Numbered from the stretch's first letter, positions 12,776-26,596 are shown. The stretch is DNA of 64,000 nt from Felis catus (GCF_018350175.1 NC_058373.1:100504001-100568000); one strand, 5' to 3'. Translations and numbers: made by a program. The notes: a model not told the origin generated them from the letters alone.

Positions 12776-14595
12776 TGGCAAACACATATAAAACCCTTCT
12801 AAGACATGGGTTGTAGGTAATTCCAGTCAATATAGTTTAAGGAGTATGCAGTGTGATATGAAATTTATAGGGCTCTCCTCAAAGGGGGCTATAATGTAAT
12901 GCTTTGGACTTGGCTTTGATAATACCAAGTAACCCTTAAAACTTGTAATTTTCTTGATTTACAATCTAGATGATAGGAGGTACAGAAAAAGCTAATGTTT
13001 AGATGAAATAAAATTCCTTCAAAAGCAACATTTGTTAATAGTTTTTACATTTGAAGCCCTTGATTTTAAGCCTCACCCCAGGCAAGTCTAGAAACACTAA
13101 AAGATATATCCTTAAGTATTCTGACAAAAGGTACCCAATCCTTTTGTTTTTAAAATACCATCCCCCCATTAAAATAAAAAGATCTATCAGTATCTCTACC
13201 AGTGAATAACCTATTTCATATCAAAAAATTTAAAGCATTTCTCACTATACCCAATGTTTCAGCAATCATATATGCGTAACTAAAAACAAGTGTAACTATC
13301 TGAGGCAGAGAAAGTTATTTGACCTTAAAATGTTTCACCGTGAAATGAAACAGGGAATGGACAATTCTGAAGAGCTGATGCTTTCATCTTTCATCTGTTC
13401 TAATAATCATATACTTGAATAGAAGTGGTCTTTGTGTTTCCTTATTAGAACATCTAGATATGGTAGCAATTTTAATCTTTTCCTATAGTTTACATACACG
13501 GGAATGTTTGTGTTCCAAAACATTATGATTTTGAAAGCAAAGTTTTAAACAGTTGTGTTTAAATGCTTTTATAAATCATCCAGTCAGCAGCAAAAGGAGA
13601 AATCCACCTCTATGATGTGTCCAAAAAGTCTACTCTAATTAGGGTTTTTTTCTTCTCCCCCTTTCTTCACTGATCCAATTAACATTCTCCCAGCTATGAT
13701 CTCTTAGTGACCAAGTATATTCATTTGAGACATATGAACCAAGATTAATGATATACCCTATGGTATTAATTTTATTAGTTCTACAATATTATCTAATCAA
13801 GTCAGCTAACCTTTAACACAGTAGGCAACGGATGGCTTTTCAAAAGCTTAAGAGTTTTTAATTCTCATAACTGCTGCTTACAAGTTAAAATGTATTAAGA
13901 AAATCAACCCAAAAAGAAAAAGCCAGCAGTTTCAAGAGAGAATCCACACATATATAGTCTGACTGAAAAATATGATTAGTCCTTTGTTCTTCTCTCTGCT
14001 TCAGGAAATTTTAATGATATGGCCATGACCATTCTCTTTGTAATTTTTCACTTTTAAAAGTCATTGAGAAGAGAGTTCAGATGTACATAAGATATATATT
14101 TCTCTCTGGATTTTTCATGATAGTTTATTCAGGGTCAAAGTAAGGGCCAAATGGTCTCTGATGATGTCTCTGAAGTCTGGATTAGTTTCCTTTTTTTTTT
14201 TTAATTGGTCCTTGGATAGTATAACCTGAGAAGTAGTAATTGATACACAAAACTCTTTCCTGAAGCATGGTTTTCTAATGACTATTGGTGCAATCACTAA
14301 TTAGGTCCCTCCCATGAGCATCTCTCACAATCTCCCGTGAAAAGGGAACTAAGAGATGATCTAATTTAAACTGCTCTGAAGGTAGGAGTCCCCTCAGTGG
14401 CATCCCTGATAAGTCACTCACCATCTATCCCAGGGAGGATCTCCACTCTAAAGTGGACACTTCTAGTTTTTGAAAACTTTTTTCCAGTTTATTGTGATAG
14501 AATTGACATGCAATATTGTATAAGCTTAAGGTATATAACATAATGATTTGATACATGTACATATTACAAAAGGTCACTATAAATAAGTCTTAAGT

Positions 14596-15029
14596 TTTTT
14601 TTTGATGTTTATTTATTTTTGAGAGAGAGAGAGACAGAGCATGAGCAGGGTTAAGGGCAGAGAGAGACGGAGACACGGAATCTGAAGTAGGCTTCAGGCT
14701 CTGAGCTGTCTGCACAGAGCCTGATGTGGAGCTCGAAACCACAAACTGCAAGGTCATGACCTGAGCTGAAGTCGGATGCCCAACTGACTGAGCCACCCAG
14801 GCACCCCTCAGGTTTAAAATCTATCAGGGACACCTGGGTGGTTCAGTTGGTTAAGTGCCCGACTTCGGCTCAGGTCATGATTTCACGGTTCGTGGGTTCA
14901 AGCCCCACGTCAGGCTCTGTGCTGACAGCTTGGAGCCTGGAGCCTGCTTCAGATTCTGTGTCTCCTTTTCTCTGCCCCTCCCCCACTAGTATTCTGTCTA
15001 TGTCTCCAAAAATAAATGTTAAAAAAAAG
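14596..15029. mobile_element. Head-to-head SINEC pair (- ~14596-14807; + ~14827-15029) inside an old L1 3' end
   Basis: Two heads ~19 bp apart; TSD gtttaaaatctatca flanks the + copy. Confidence 0.9.
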
Positions 15030-15869
15030 TTTAAAATCTATCACATTACTTACAATTTTTTTCCTTGAGACATTTCTATTTTTTTTAAAGCAGCTTTAGT
15101 TACTTAAAAAGTTCTTCATTAGTAAACAAACATGTTCCTTTCCATATTTTCTATCACTGATCTTTATTCACTTTCTAGAGTTAACAGAGTAAGTCTATTC
15201 TTTTTTTTTTTTTCTTAAATGGGAACCCTTGAAATACATAAAGACAGATATATAATTAATCACAACTTGAGAATTGTACTGGGAACTTTATATACATTAC
15301 ACCTTTAATCTTCATGATGACCTTTATCAGGTATGTATCTTGTGTCCATTTTATAAGTGAGGAAGCTGAGAAAGTGAGAAATTTGATCTAAGGTCACATA
15401 GCTAGTTAAGTGGCAGTTTTTGACTGTGCATCCATTTAACCCCAAAGGCTGAGAGGAAGGGAAAAAAAAGCTCTTTCATATGCCTATCAAATAAACCAAA
15501 CAAGGTTCATTCACCAGGCATGAGATAATCATTAAGATTATCACTGTTATTTATCCCTAAGGAAACACAAACTGCTTAAAAATAATTTATTCTAGAATAT
15601 TGGCTAATGTCAACCTTGTGCTAAATGGGCTTTGATTTGCAGAATCTGCTTTCTTTTTTTTAAAATTAAGAACAATTTTGGCCTGCTTCTCACAGAGTTT
15701 TCCTTTGTTCTTCATGATACCTTAAGCAAGGTTTCCCAAATTTCCCTGATGGTACCACTTGGGGAACTGTTTTAACACAAATTCATAAGCTCTATGTCAG
15801 ACCCTCTGAATCAGAATCTCCAGGGAGGGGACTTTGGAAACCATTTTTTTTTTTGTTTCCTTTTTTTAA

Positions 15870-17545
15870 CTTTCTACCTGGAAATAATTTCAAATTTATC
15901 AAATGTGGCAAAAAAAGAAAAAAAAGGATAAAGATCATCCATAAATCCTTTACCCAAGATTTACCTATTGCTAGCATCTTATCCTGTTTGCTTTATCATT
16001 CCTTCTGTTTGTTTTTGTAGCACACACATGTGCATACATTTTTTTGTGAACCACGTGGTTTTGCAAACCATGTGAGGATATATTACGTCATTGTCCTTCA
16101 TCTCTAAATACTCCAGGGTGTATTTCCTAAGACTAGGAATATTCTCTTCCATACTCAGAGTGTAGCAATCAACTTCATAAACTTACTTTGAGGGGAACCT
16201 GGGTGGCTCAGTTGGTTAAGTATCTGCTCTTGTTCTTGGCTCAGGTCATGATTTCATGGTTTGTGAGACTGAGCCCCACACTGGGCTCTGTGCTGATAGC
16301 TCAGAGCCTGCTTGGGATTCTCTCTTCCCCTCTCTCTCTCTGCCCCTCCTCGGCTCTATCTCAAAATAAATAAATAAACTTAAAAAAATAAATTTACTTT
16401 GATATAACATTTCAACTAATCTGATCTACCATTCACATTCTGTCAGATGATTTAATAATAATACACTTTGCAGCATTTTCCCCCAGCCAGTACAAGTTAT
16501 AGTCTAGGATGAGATGCTGTCTTTAGCCACCATGTCTCTTTAGCCTCCTTTAATCTGGAACATTTTCCATAAGGATTCTTTGCCTTTCATGATATTTACA
16601 TTTAAAAAGGACATAGTCCCATTCCTACTTTATTTGAACTTCCTTATTTTGTGTTTGCCTGAGGTTTCCTAATGATTGGAGTACTGCATAAATGATGCTG
16701 TATCCTCTGAGTGTCCCTCAGTAACACCCAGTAAAGGTACTGACTAATTTCTCTACTGTATATCTGTTCTTTTTTTTTTTAGCTAATAAGCAGTCTGTGA
16801 GGATACACTTTAAGACTATGCAAATATCCTGTTCCTCATCAAAATTATGCCCTCAATTTAGCATCCATTGATGAATCCTGCCCAAGCCTCTTTTATCTGA
16901 TCCTACCACAACAAGTGCAAAATGAGGGTTTTCCTCCAGCGTGCCCTCCACATTTTTCAGAAAGCCCTTGGCATTTACAGTAAGCAGAGAAGCTTTCTCC
17001 CCCGCTTATTTATCTATTTGTAATCGAAATGGATTATGAATTTTGCAGTGATTTATAACTCCTTATATTATCCTTATAATTCTATATTAAAACTATTCCT
17101 AATTCCTAATAATAAGTAATGATAATTCCTTAATTATTTTGGTGCTCAAATTGTTCCAGATTTGGCCAGTGGGGATCTGCTTCTTTAATTTGGCTCCTGT
17201 GTCCTTGTGACCTGCCCCATCATTCTTTCAAGCATTTTCCTTTCTGTCATGACAAGCAGTTCCAGCTTCGACCTGTACCAATCCTGCCTCAGTCCTGGAA
17301 TCAGCCATTTCCCTTAGGAACACTAGTTCTTCTGAGAGGGTATTAACAGTATTGGAGACAAAGGTCTGGGTGCTAGGTGTACTCATTGGATTGGGGTGTC
17401 TTTACTTTGTGGCCCTTTCAATGCACACAGGTGGGAAATATTTGCATGCATATGTACATATATCCACTTAAATATATAGATATCTCTACATATCCCAATA
17501 TGTTCAAAATCACTAATTCACATTAATACCCTCAATTCCAATGAG
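15870..17545 (-). mobile_element. Ancient L1M (L1MC-like) 3' region with nested SINEC (+ ~16192-16390), splitting a MER5-like element
   Basis: Degenerate L1MC 3'UTR motifs; MER5-like halves at ~15725-15840 and ~17550-17630. Confidence 0.55.
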
Positions 17546-18050
17546 CCCCATGAGGCTGTTTGTCGGCTGTATTTTTAATGAGTACCCCAAGTAACTGTTC
17601 TACTTAAGGATGTTTGGGAAACATTGCTCAGGACTGGTGAAACTCAGCCACAAGTTCTTTAGAGCTTTTCTGCAAAATTCAACTGGATTAAAGGACAGAC
17701 TAATTTAAAACGCTGAGTGTTCTCCATTTATTTCAGTCATCAGTTCCCTCTTTCTACCGAATATCTGTTTTACTAAACTCCATTCAAAGGGTAACTATTT
17801 TTGAAGGTGTAAGTGTAAATTAGAAAGTGACTACTTTCTCCATCATCACTAACTAACGTTCAGAGCTTTGAGTCTGATACTTTTTCTAGTTTTTCTTGTT
17901 ATCAATGTCAACCTAAATCTTTTTACAAAACTCTTATTATTAGTTTTGGGGGACATGCCTCAGCACATTTTACCCTTAAACATTCTGGATACCTTCTTAG
18001 GAATACTACCAACCATATATCTGTGTGTATAAGGTATACCCATGGCATCT

Positions 18051-18052
<2 letters not shown>

Positions 18053-18092
<40 letters not shown>
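18053..18092. repeat. (GT)20 microsatellite
   Basis: Direct reading. Confidence 0.97.
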
Positions 18093-18095
<3 letters not shown>

Positions 18096-19182
18096 ATGCT
18101 TTCAGCCATCCTCTTTCCTTTTTTTCCCCACTAACTAGTTTCACTTGCAATACTATAACTCAATTTCTTAACCTTTAGGACATATTTAACAACACTCACC
18201 ATATACTATAAAGGACTACCAACAGGTAAATTCTGTACTTCATGAATCAGGCCTTCCTTGTTGGGTTAGAATGAGGTCCAGAATAGTTTCTTTTACTGTT
18301 ATCAGATCGTGGCAGACTACTCTGTACTGGTAGAGATACAGGGGATACAGAAAGAGGGGATCCAGAAAGAGGAATGGCGAAAAATCCTAAGGGGATGGCA
18401 GCCCAAAGACAAGGAGGTTCTTCGGCGATTAACCAAACATATTTCTGTAGATGTGCAAGGGATATCCTGAATGAATCAGGAATGGCTCTGAATGAACAAA
18501 ATCAGAAATGAATTGGCTTGGAGCAGCACAGAGAGCTGTACTAGTAACTACTCCTTGTACCCGTTTTCTCGTCTTTCAAATGAAGATATTAATTATATCT
18601 ACCTCATAGGGTTTTAATGAGGATTAGACAAGCTAACACAAGCTAGGTAATTAACAAGGTTATTCCTATGAAACAATTCTTTTTCTCATATCAATAAAGT
18701 GACAAAATGTATTCAGTAGAGGATCTCTCATCCCTCTGAATAAACTTTTACTCTTATACCTCTCAGGGTTATTTTTGTGATGCATAAGCAACATTACTAT
18801 TTAAGAACTAAATGAATCCACATGCAAATGACACAATAAAAGCAAGTCTATTACACACAAAAAACTTGAAGGAAATTTCTAAATGTCTAAAACTCTTTTG
18901 TGAGCATAATAATTATAGATACAATTAATCAGATTTATGAAAAGTGATATTTTTCAAAGAGCTATTTTCTAACCTATCTATTACTTTCAGGTATTAAGGG
19001 CTTCCCAATGTGTTGAAGACAATCAAATTCACTAATACAGGCTATTTGTAGATTAATGGATTCCTGTAAGTGCTCATTTGCTTGTAAAAAAAAAAAAAAG
19101 TGCATAAAAATTTCAAATTCAGGACACATGCACTAACACTCTAAAAGATACCCAACAGCAACAAGACAATCATGATACTTAC

Positions 19183-19289
19183 TTCATCTCTATAAAGTGG
19201 GCTAGTATAATACATTATGTCCATTGCACTGCTGTTCAACATATCCCTTAAACCGCGTACTTTGTCAGGAGTAATGGAATCAACAGTGT
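19183..19289 (-). CDS. DDHD1: DDHD1 exon 6 (107 nt)
   Basis: tgtag|ACACTG...GATGAA|gtaagt; encodes (D)TVDSITPDKVRGLRDMLNSSAMDIMYYTSPLYRDE; phase 1-0. Confidence 0.96.
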
Positions 19290-19407
19290 CTACAAATTAA
19301 AAAAAAAAAAAAATTTACAGAAGATCTTTGTTTTAGGGAAAAATATGAAAAAAATTACATTCTCTGAAACAGTAAGTCTTTAAGTTCATGTTTAAGTGTT
19401 CAAGAGT

Positions 19408-20040
19408 GGTTTGGAGAACAGTATGGAATTTCCTCAAAAAACCAAAAATAGAACTACCCTACAATCCAGTAACTGCACTATTAGGTATTTACCCAAAGGA
19501 TACAAAAATACAGATTCAAAGGGGTATATACACCCCACTGTTTATAGCAGCGTTATCAACAATAGCCTAACTATGGAGAGAGCTCAAATGTCCACTGACT
19601 GATGAGTGGACAAAGAAGATGAGGTAGACATATACAATGGCATATTACTCAGCCATCAAAAGAATGAAATCTTGCCATTTGTAACGATGTGGATGGAGCT
19701 AGAATGTATCATGCTAAGTGAAATAAGTCAATCAGAGAAAGACAAATACCATATGATTTCACTCATATGTGGAATTTAAGAAACAAAACAAATGAGCATA
19801 TGGGAAAGGAGGAAAAAGAAGAGAGGGAAACAAACCTCAAGATACTCTTAACAAAAACAAACTGAGGGTTGATGGAGGGAGGTGGATGGGAGATGGGCTA
19901 GATGGGTGATGAGTATTAAGAAGGGCACTTATTGTGATGAGAGCAGGGAGTTGTATGTAAGTGGTGAATCACTGAATTCTGCTCCTGAAACCAATATTGC
20001 ACTGTATGTTGATTAAAAAAAAAAGTCTCAAAGAAAAATA
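19408..20040 (+). mobile_element. 5'-truncated L1 3' end
   Basis: ORF2-like KPKIELPYNPVTALLGIYPKD then 3'UTR and A tail; possible TSD ttcaagagt. Confidence 0.88.
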
Positions 20041-21277
20041 TTCAAGAGTAGCTTTGGATCTAATGAACTTTCCTTTCTTGCAAAATGTTGCAATCCCCTG
20101 CCCCCACTTATCCCCCCCCCCCCCCGGTGAAAAAACCAGTAAAAGACAAAAGGGGACGTGGGAAGAAAAGGAACATTAAGGATGAAAACCATTATCAAAT
20201 CTATAAAGATTTACCATTTTTTCCTATGTACTGGCTTTTGCATGACATTCAGAGGTACCCAGAGCAAAACCAGGCCATCTCTATTCTTGTAACAAGTGTT
20301 AAGAGACATGACCTCACTCTTTCTATACCTCTTTTCCTGTTTCCTTTCTCTTCTCCTTCTTTGGCCTCCGCACCTTGGCCTGGCAATACCCATATGGAAT
20401 GCCTAGAGCCACTGGTGACAAACCAGCAACAATTAAAAAGTTTGCCTACACTGTACATGTATTTATCTTCAGTGAACCAAAGGTGCTGTGGGCAGGAGCT
20501 GCCAAATTACAAATATGCACAAAGGCAAATCAGCAACGGGCCTCCGCAATAAACAAGATTAAGTTGGGATAATTTATTAAAAAAAAAAAGTTACATAAAT
20601 TGTAGTGCAATTACAGCTAACTTGTGGAAATTCTACTTTGGGAAGATTATTCTATTAAATGCCTAACAAAGTGAAGAAAACTTTGCACTTCTTATAGAAA
20701 TATAAAGAATCACTATACCTGGATGAATATCATAATATGAAAGCGCAAGGTGGGCAGCAGAAGGCTTATATTTTTATCTTCCAGTTTCTCACTGCATTGA
20801 TTTTTATTTATTCCCTACTTTAATACAATCTAATAATGACTGGAAGACAAGGATTCAGGCAAAAGCCAGAAGTCTTTTCAAAGACATAAAGGATATGGAT
20901 TGCACCTTTATGTCATGTTAATATATACATAACATAACCATATGTTATGACATATACCTATGTCAAATAGGTATATTTGACAGCCTGTGCCCATTTTTAA
21001 ATTGTAAAAGTGAAAGATGTGACTACTGTGCTGATATGAAAAGTTTAAATGTCATTTTAATGCATTTCCAAAAAAAGTTCGTACTGGGCAATACACATGC
21101 ATATGAAGAAGATATTTAATATTTTTGTGCAACTGAAAGAGTAATTTATATATGGGAAAACATGTTTCTGCCACCTAGCTTAAGAATATTGCCAGTACTT
21201 CTAAAACCCACAGTATATCCCTAAATGATCAAATGCCCCTTCCTCTCAAAATAACCACCAATAAGAAGTTTGTGTTG

Positions 21278-21475
21278 AGCCACCTGGGTGGCTCAGTTGG
21301 TTGAGTGTCTGACTCTTGATTTTGGCTAAGGTCATGACCCCAGGGTCACGGGATCGAGCCCTGTGTTGGGTTCTGCGCTGAGTGAACAGCTTGCTTAAAG
21401 ACTCTCTCTTTCCCTCTGCCCTTCCCCCAGCTCACATGCTCTTTCTCTAAAAATACAATAAAATGAAATAAAATA
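21278..21475 (+). mobile_element. Older SINEC
   Basis: cacctgggtggctcagttggttgag head; TSD ataag(a)agtttgtgttga-like. Confidence 0.88.
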
Positions 21476-21589
21476 AGTTTGTGTTGATTACACTCCTTAC
21501 TTTTCTTTACAGATTTCCTACATGTTCATTAATAATTGTAGCCAATTCTGTAGCATTTACTATGTGCCAGAGACTAAATATTTTATTTC

Positions 21590-23640
21590 ATTTTGTCTGT
21601 TTCGGAACACTATATAAATTAACTTACTGTCCATTGTTTGTTTCACCCCGAATACTATGTTTCTGAGATTCACTGATGTTGAGCCAGATAGCTGTAATCC
21701 CCTCATTTTCACTGTTGTACAGCACTACACACATAACAATGTACCCATTTTCCTTTGAAAGACATCTGAGTTATTTTTAGTTTTTTGCTAATATAACTTA
21801 TGCTCCTAATAACACTGTTATAGACTCCTGTATAACACTGTAAATGTCTCCTGGTGCACATGTATGGGAGTTTCTTTAGGATATATACACCGAGGGGTGA
21901 AACTGCAGTCACAGGGCACATGCACATTCAACAAGATAAGAATATGTCAAGCCATCTTCCAAAGTGATTGCACCAATTCATACTCCCACCAATAGTCAAT
22001 GATAAATGTCAATGCTGAACATCCTTATCAATATTTGGTACTGTCACTTTCTTAAATTTTTGCCTGATGGGTGTTTATAAAGATATTTCATTGTAGTTTT
22101 AAATTGCATGTCCTTGATTACTAGAGGGATGCACTTTTTTATTATATAAAAATATGTATTTAAAATACACACACACACACATATATATCCACGTGTGTGT
22201 GTGTGTGTGTGAGCGCATCTGCCTATCAATATCCATTTGAGTTTCTTGTTCTTTATTCTGGATATTAAAGCTTTGGTAGTTATATCTGTTGTTCTGTTGC
22301 AACATCTTTTCCATTTGTGGCTTGCCTTACTTTTAATGGTATGTTTTGAGAAAAAGAAGTTCTTAATTTCAATCTAATCAAATTTATCCATGCTACTTTA
22401 TAGTTGTGTTTTTGTGTTTTAAGAACACATTCTCGGGGCGCCTGGGTGGCTCAGTCGGTTGAGCGTCTGACTTCAGCTCAGGTCATGATCTCACTGTTCG
22501 TGAGTTCGAGCCCCGTGTCGGGCTCTGTGCTGACCGCTCAGAGCCCGGAGGCTGCTTTGGATTCTGTGTCTCCCTCTCTCTCTGACCCTCCCCCGTTCAT
22601 GCTATGTCTCTGTCTCAAAAATAAATAAATGTCAAAAAAAAAAAAATGAAAAAAACCCAACATATTCTCCCATATATTTTTTCTAATACATTTTAAAGTC
22701 TTAGCTTTCATAAATTATGTGTTTGATCTATCTGAAATGTGAGGTAGGGATCATTTTCATTTTTTTCCCCCATAGGATAACTGGTTACCAAGCACCATTT
22801 ATGGAACAGGCCACCCTTTACCAGTGATCTCCAAGGCCGTCTCTGTCATACATCAGGTTTGCAAACTAAACGCAGATCCTAAGCACAAACTAGGGGTATC
22901 TAGTCTGGTGCACTGATCTGTCGGCTTACCCTTCTGCCAATCTAAATTGTCTTAAATACAAAAGTAGAAAAATAGTTCTGTTATCTACCAGGACATGACA
23001 CCCTCTCTATCCTCTTGTTCTGTATCTTGCTACTTTTGGGCCTTTGATCTTCTACAATAATTTTAGGATCAGCTTGTTGAGTTTTGTGAAACTCTACTGG
23101 GATTTTGATTGGCATTGCATGGAATCTATAGGTTAGTTTGGGAGAATTAACATCTCTAGGATACTGAATCATCCAATCTATGAAAATGATCGTTGTACAT
23201 ATTTAAGCTGTACTGAATATCTTTTAACAGTTTTTTTCATTTTAAATATAAATATACATATTTTATGAGATTTCTAGGAACCTTATATTGTTATGCTATT
23301 TCAAATAGTCTGCTGGGATATAGAAATGCAGCTGTTTTCACATATAGAGCTTTTATTTCACAGCCTTGTAAACTATCTTATTAATTTCATTTTTTCTGCA
23401 AATTCTTTTGTGTATTCTGTGTATACAACCATAAGACCCGCAAAGGAAAACAGATCTTTTCCATTCCTTAAAACTATTATTTCTTTTCCTTATCTTATTG
23501 ACTGGTTACGCCTTCCAGTTGAGGCGCTGTTATAAGAATAGACATCCTTAGCTTATTCCTGATTTAAAAGAAATGTTTTTAGCCCTTCAATACCAATGAG
23601 GACAATGATGTTTATTGTAGTAAGTCTTCTTTATCAATAT
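21590..23640 (-). mobile_element. Ancient L1M fragment with nested SINEC (+ ~22435-22655)
   Basis: Degenerate ORF2-like translations (PKLTYRFHAMPIKIP; AVSPLGVY). Confidence 0.75.
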
Positions 23641-23893
23641 TTTTAAATCTACAAACAGTAAAATTGACTCTGAGTTTTAATGCATATATAGTTTTGCATA
23701 ACTAGCACCTTGATCAGGATACAGAACTGTTCCCATCACCCTAAAAAGCTGCCCTTTAAATTAAAACCCTCCCCTAAACCCTGTGACCACAAATCAGTTC
23801 TGTCTCCATAATTTTGTCTCTTCCAGTATGTCACATAAGTGGAAGCGCAAATTATGTAATCTTTGAGCTTGACTGCTATAATATCGTGATACA

Positions 23894-24425
23894 CAGCTGG
23901 CCCCAGACAACAAGGGTTTGAACTGTGCAGGTCCATTCATACATGGATCCTTTTCAATAAATACAGCACAGTACTTACTATAAGTGCATTTTCTTTTCCT
24001 TATCATTTCCGAAATAACATTTTTTTTCCTTTCTCTCCTTTTTTTTTTTTTTTTAAGAGAGAAAAAGCACATGTAGGAGGGGGCAGAGGGAGACAGAGAG
24101 AAGCTTAAGCAGGCTCCATGCTCAGTGCAGAGCCCGACATGGGGCTTGACCTGAGCCAAAATCAAGAGTCAGATGCTCAACCAATTGAGCCACCCAGGTA
24201 CCCCAACAATTTCTTTTTTCTAGCTTAATTATAAGAATACAGAATGTAATACACGTAACATAAAATATGTGTTGATTGACTATGTTATCGGTAAGGCTTC
24301 TGGTCAACAGTAGGCCATTAGTAGTTGAGTTTTTGAGAAGTCAAAAGTTATACACAAATTTTTGACTATGTGAGTGGACGGGTCAATGCCCCTAACTAGC
24401 CTCCATATTGTTTAAGAGTCAACTG
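23894..24425. mobile_element. Tigger2-like non-autonomous Tc1/mariner element with nested SINEC (- ~24040-24204)
   Basis: Inverted ends cagctggccccagacaaca / ttgtttaagagtcaactg followed by TA. Confidence 0.75.
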
Positions 24426-25290
24426 TAATAAGAAACATATGTTTGGTCTTTGTCCCTGGTTCTTGCCACAGGGTTACTAAAACCCTTATAACTTCCTGAG
24501 TGATGGGTGAAAGAAATTCTTTTATTATTCATAATAAGCCTCTTTCAACCATACCTGAGTTTACGCTAATAATGCAACCCTTGAAGGATGGGAGCTGATT
24601 GCCAGAGGAACCAACTATGTCATTAGAGGTTAAACTTTCTGCCTCATCCCGACCTCCATAAAGGAGAGAGGGGCTTGAGACTGAGGTCAATCGCCAACGA
24701 TTTAATCAATTACATCTACATAACGGAACCCTCATAAAAACCAAACAACAGGGTTCGGGGAGCCTCTGGATTGGCAAACACATGGAGATACTGGAAGGGT
24801 GGTGCACTCAGACAGGATATGAAATCGCCACACCCCTTCCCCATACCTTACCCTGCCTGTGCAGCTCTTCATCTAGCTTTTCAGTGTATCCTCTATAATA
24901 CCCTTCAAACCAGTACATGCGTTTTAAGCTAGTAAATGCAAACAAATGCTTCTCTGAGTTTTGTGAGTCATTCTAGTAAATTACTGAACCTCAGGATGGG
25001 GTCATGGGATCCCCCACGGGATCCCCCTTCCTCAATTTATACCCAGTCAGTCCGAAGTACGAATGACAACCTGGAATGTGTGACTGCATGTGAAGCAGGG
25101 TGGGAGGGGTAGTCAGTCTTGTGGTCTTGAGTCCTTAACCTGACTGCTGTCTCTTTGGGGAATCTGTGGCAGAACTGAGTTAAATTGCAGGACACCCAGA
25201 ACTGGGAGAAATGGTTGGTATAGGGAAAAACCTCCACACTTTTGGCACCAGCAGTTTTGAGAATAGAGAGAGACAGTAGTGTTTTTCCTT
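24426..25290. mobile_element. MER21-like solo LTR
   Basis: taataagaaacatatgtttggtctttgtccctggtt...gccagaggaaccaac...gatttaatcaat matches recalled MER21-family LTRs. Confidence 0.7.
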
Positions 25291-25639
25291 TAGTTTCTTT
25301 CACTCAGCACAATGCCTTAGAGATACTAACACAGTAGTTTAAACCTAACAGAAAATTACAAATTTGAGTTTTATTAAGTGTTCATTCATCTGTGTTGTCT
25401 ACATCCCTGAGCAGACTCAGAAATTCATCTGGGTAAATGGGAAAAGCCCAAAAGATAGCGTTATTACACTAGAACTTTACATATGTGCTCCTGCTGCTGA
25501 GAAGGCTTCTTTAGTCACTAGCATTTTTTTTTTTTTTAAACTCATTACAAGTTTGGATACCATTTTGGTTTATAAGTGACATTCCTAACTGACTATGAGA
25601 CAGAATCACAGTCTTGGAAGAATCCTTGGAGATCATCCA

Positions 25640-25860
25640 GGGAGGCAGTTTGGTACTGTGACAACAAGGGCTCTGGTATCATACAGACCTAGATCCTGCC
25701 TGCCATTCTTAGTTAGATTCACTTACCTTTTAATGAGTTTCAGTTTCCTTATCAGTAGAGAAAACAAACTAGGTATATTTCATTGGTTTATGAGAAAATT
25801 CAATGAGATACTCCATGTAAAATGCCCTGTGGAGTGCTACGCACACAGGCAAAGCTCCAC
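25640..25860. mobile_element. MIR fragment
   Basis: gagtttcagtttccttatcagtag...aaattcaatgagatactccatgtaaaatgcc. Confidence 0.6.
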
Positions 25861-26489
25861 AAAAGCAGCTGACATCATGTCTAGTACAACTCATTTTCCA
25901 GGTTATGCAAATCATCGACTGAGACATGCTACTCTAATGGTTTAAATATTAAAATATTAAAACACAGTCATAACTCTGTGTAGAGGAAGATGCATATTTT
26001 GGACAACAGCTCTTAAAGGAAGCAAACAAAAATGATTTTTAATTAAACAAACATTGTATAATTCTCTATGCTAGATTATAACAATTCACCAGCCTGAGGA
26101 ATGCAGGAACCACAAAAGAACACAAAAACCCTGAGATTTTTATCTTCCAAACATAGGAAAAGAAAATTATTAGAAAGAAAATGTAAGCTCATATGGAACC
26201 GTGGACAAATATTTTTAGTGTTGACAAATCACTTTCTATCAAAACCTTTAGACATTTTGTTCCTCCCACGTGCTCCCCGCCCCCCCCCCCCCCCCGATCC
26301 ACAGAGGGCAGGGGTGAAAACTGTGCTGTGAAATCAACATGTCGATATAATTATTTTAAAAATCAATGGATTTTATGTTAATAATCTAGAACAGAGTATA
26401 CTCAAGACAACTTAATGAAAGGCTCTTTGTTTCTAAAGAGCAACTTTGTTGCCACTGACTAAATCATTTAATTTTTAAAGAAACTGTAC

Positions 26490-26596
26490 CTCCATCAAGA
26501 GTAAGTTTTGACCGCCACTCAACAGGCAGAAATTCAACATGTGTTGCATGGTTGGAAAAATGCCTTTCTTCTATTTTTCTTGCAGCTTCTCTCATC
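26490..26596 (-). CDS. DDHD1: DDHD1 exon 5 (107 nt)
   Basis: tttag|GATGAG...ATGGAG|gtacag; encodes (M)MREAARKIEERHFSNHATHVEFLPVEWRSKLTLDG; phase 2-1. Confidence 0.96.

Noticed and set aside
16049..16060. Perfect palindrome aaccacgtggtt with an E-box
   Set aside because: Appears to be a by-product of a short tandem duplication within an old L1; too short to be significant.
20085..20552. 155-aa plus-strand ORF
   Set aside because: Spans a C homopolymer and low-complexity sequence; no recognisable homology or exon structure.
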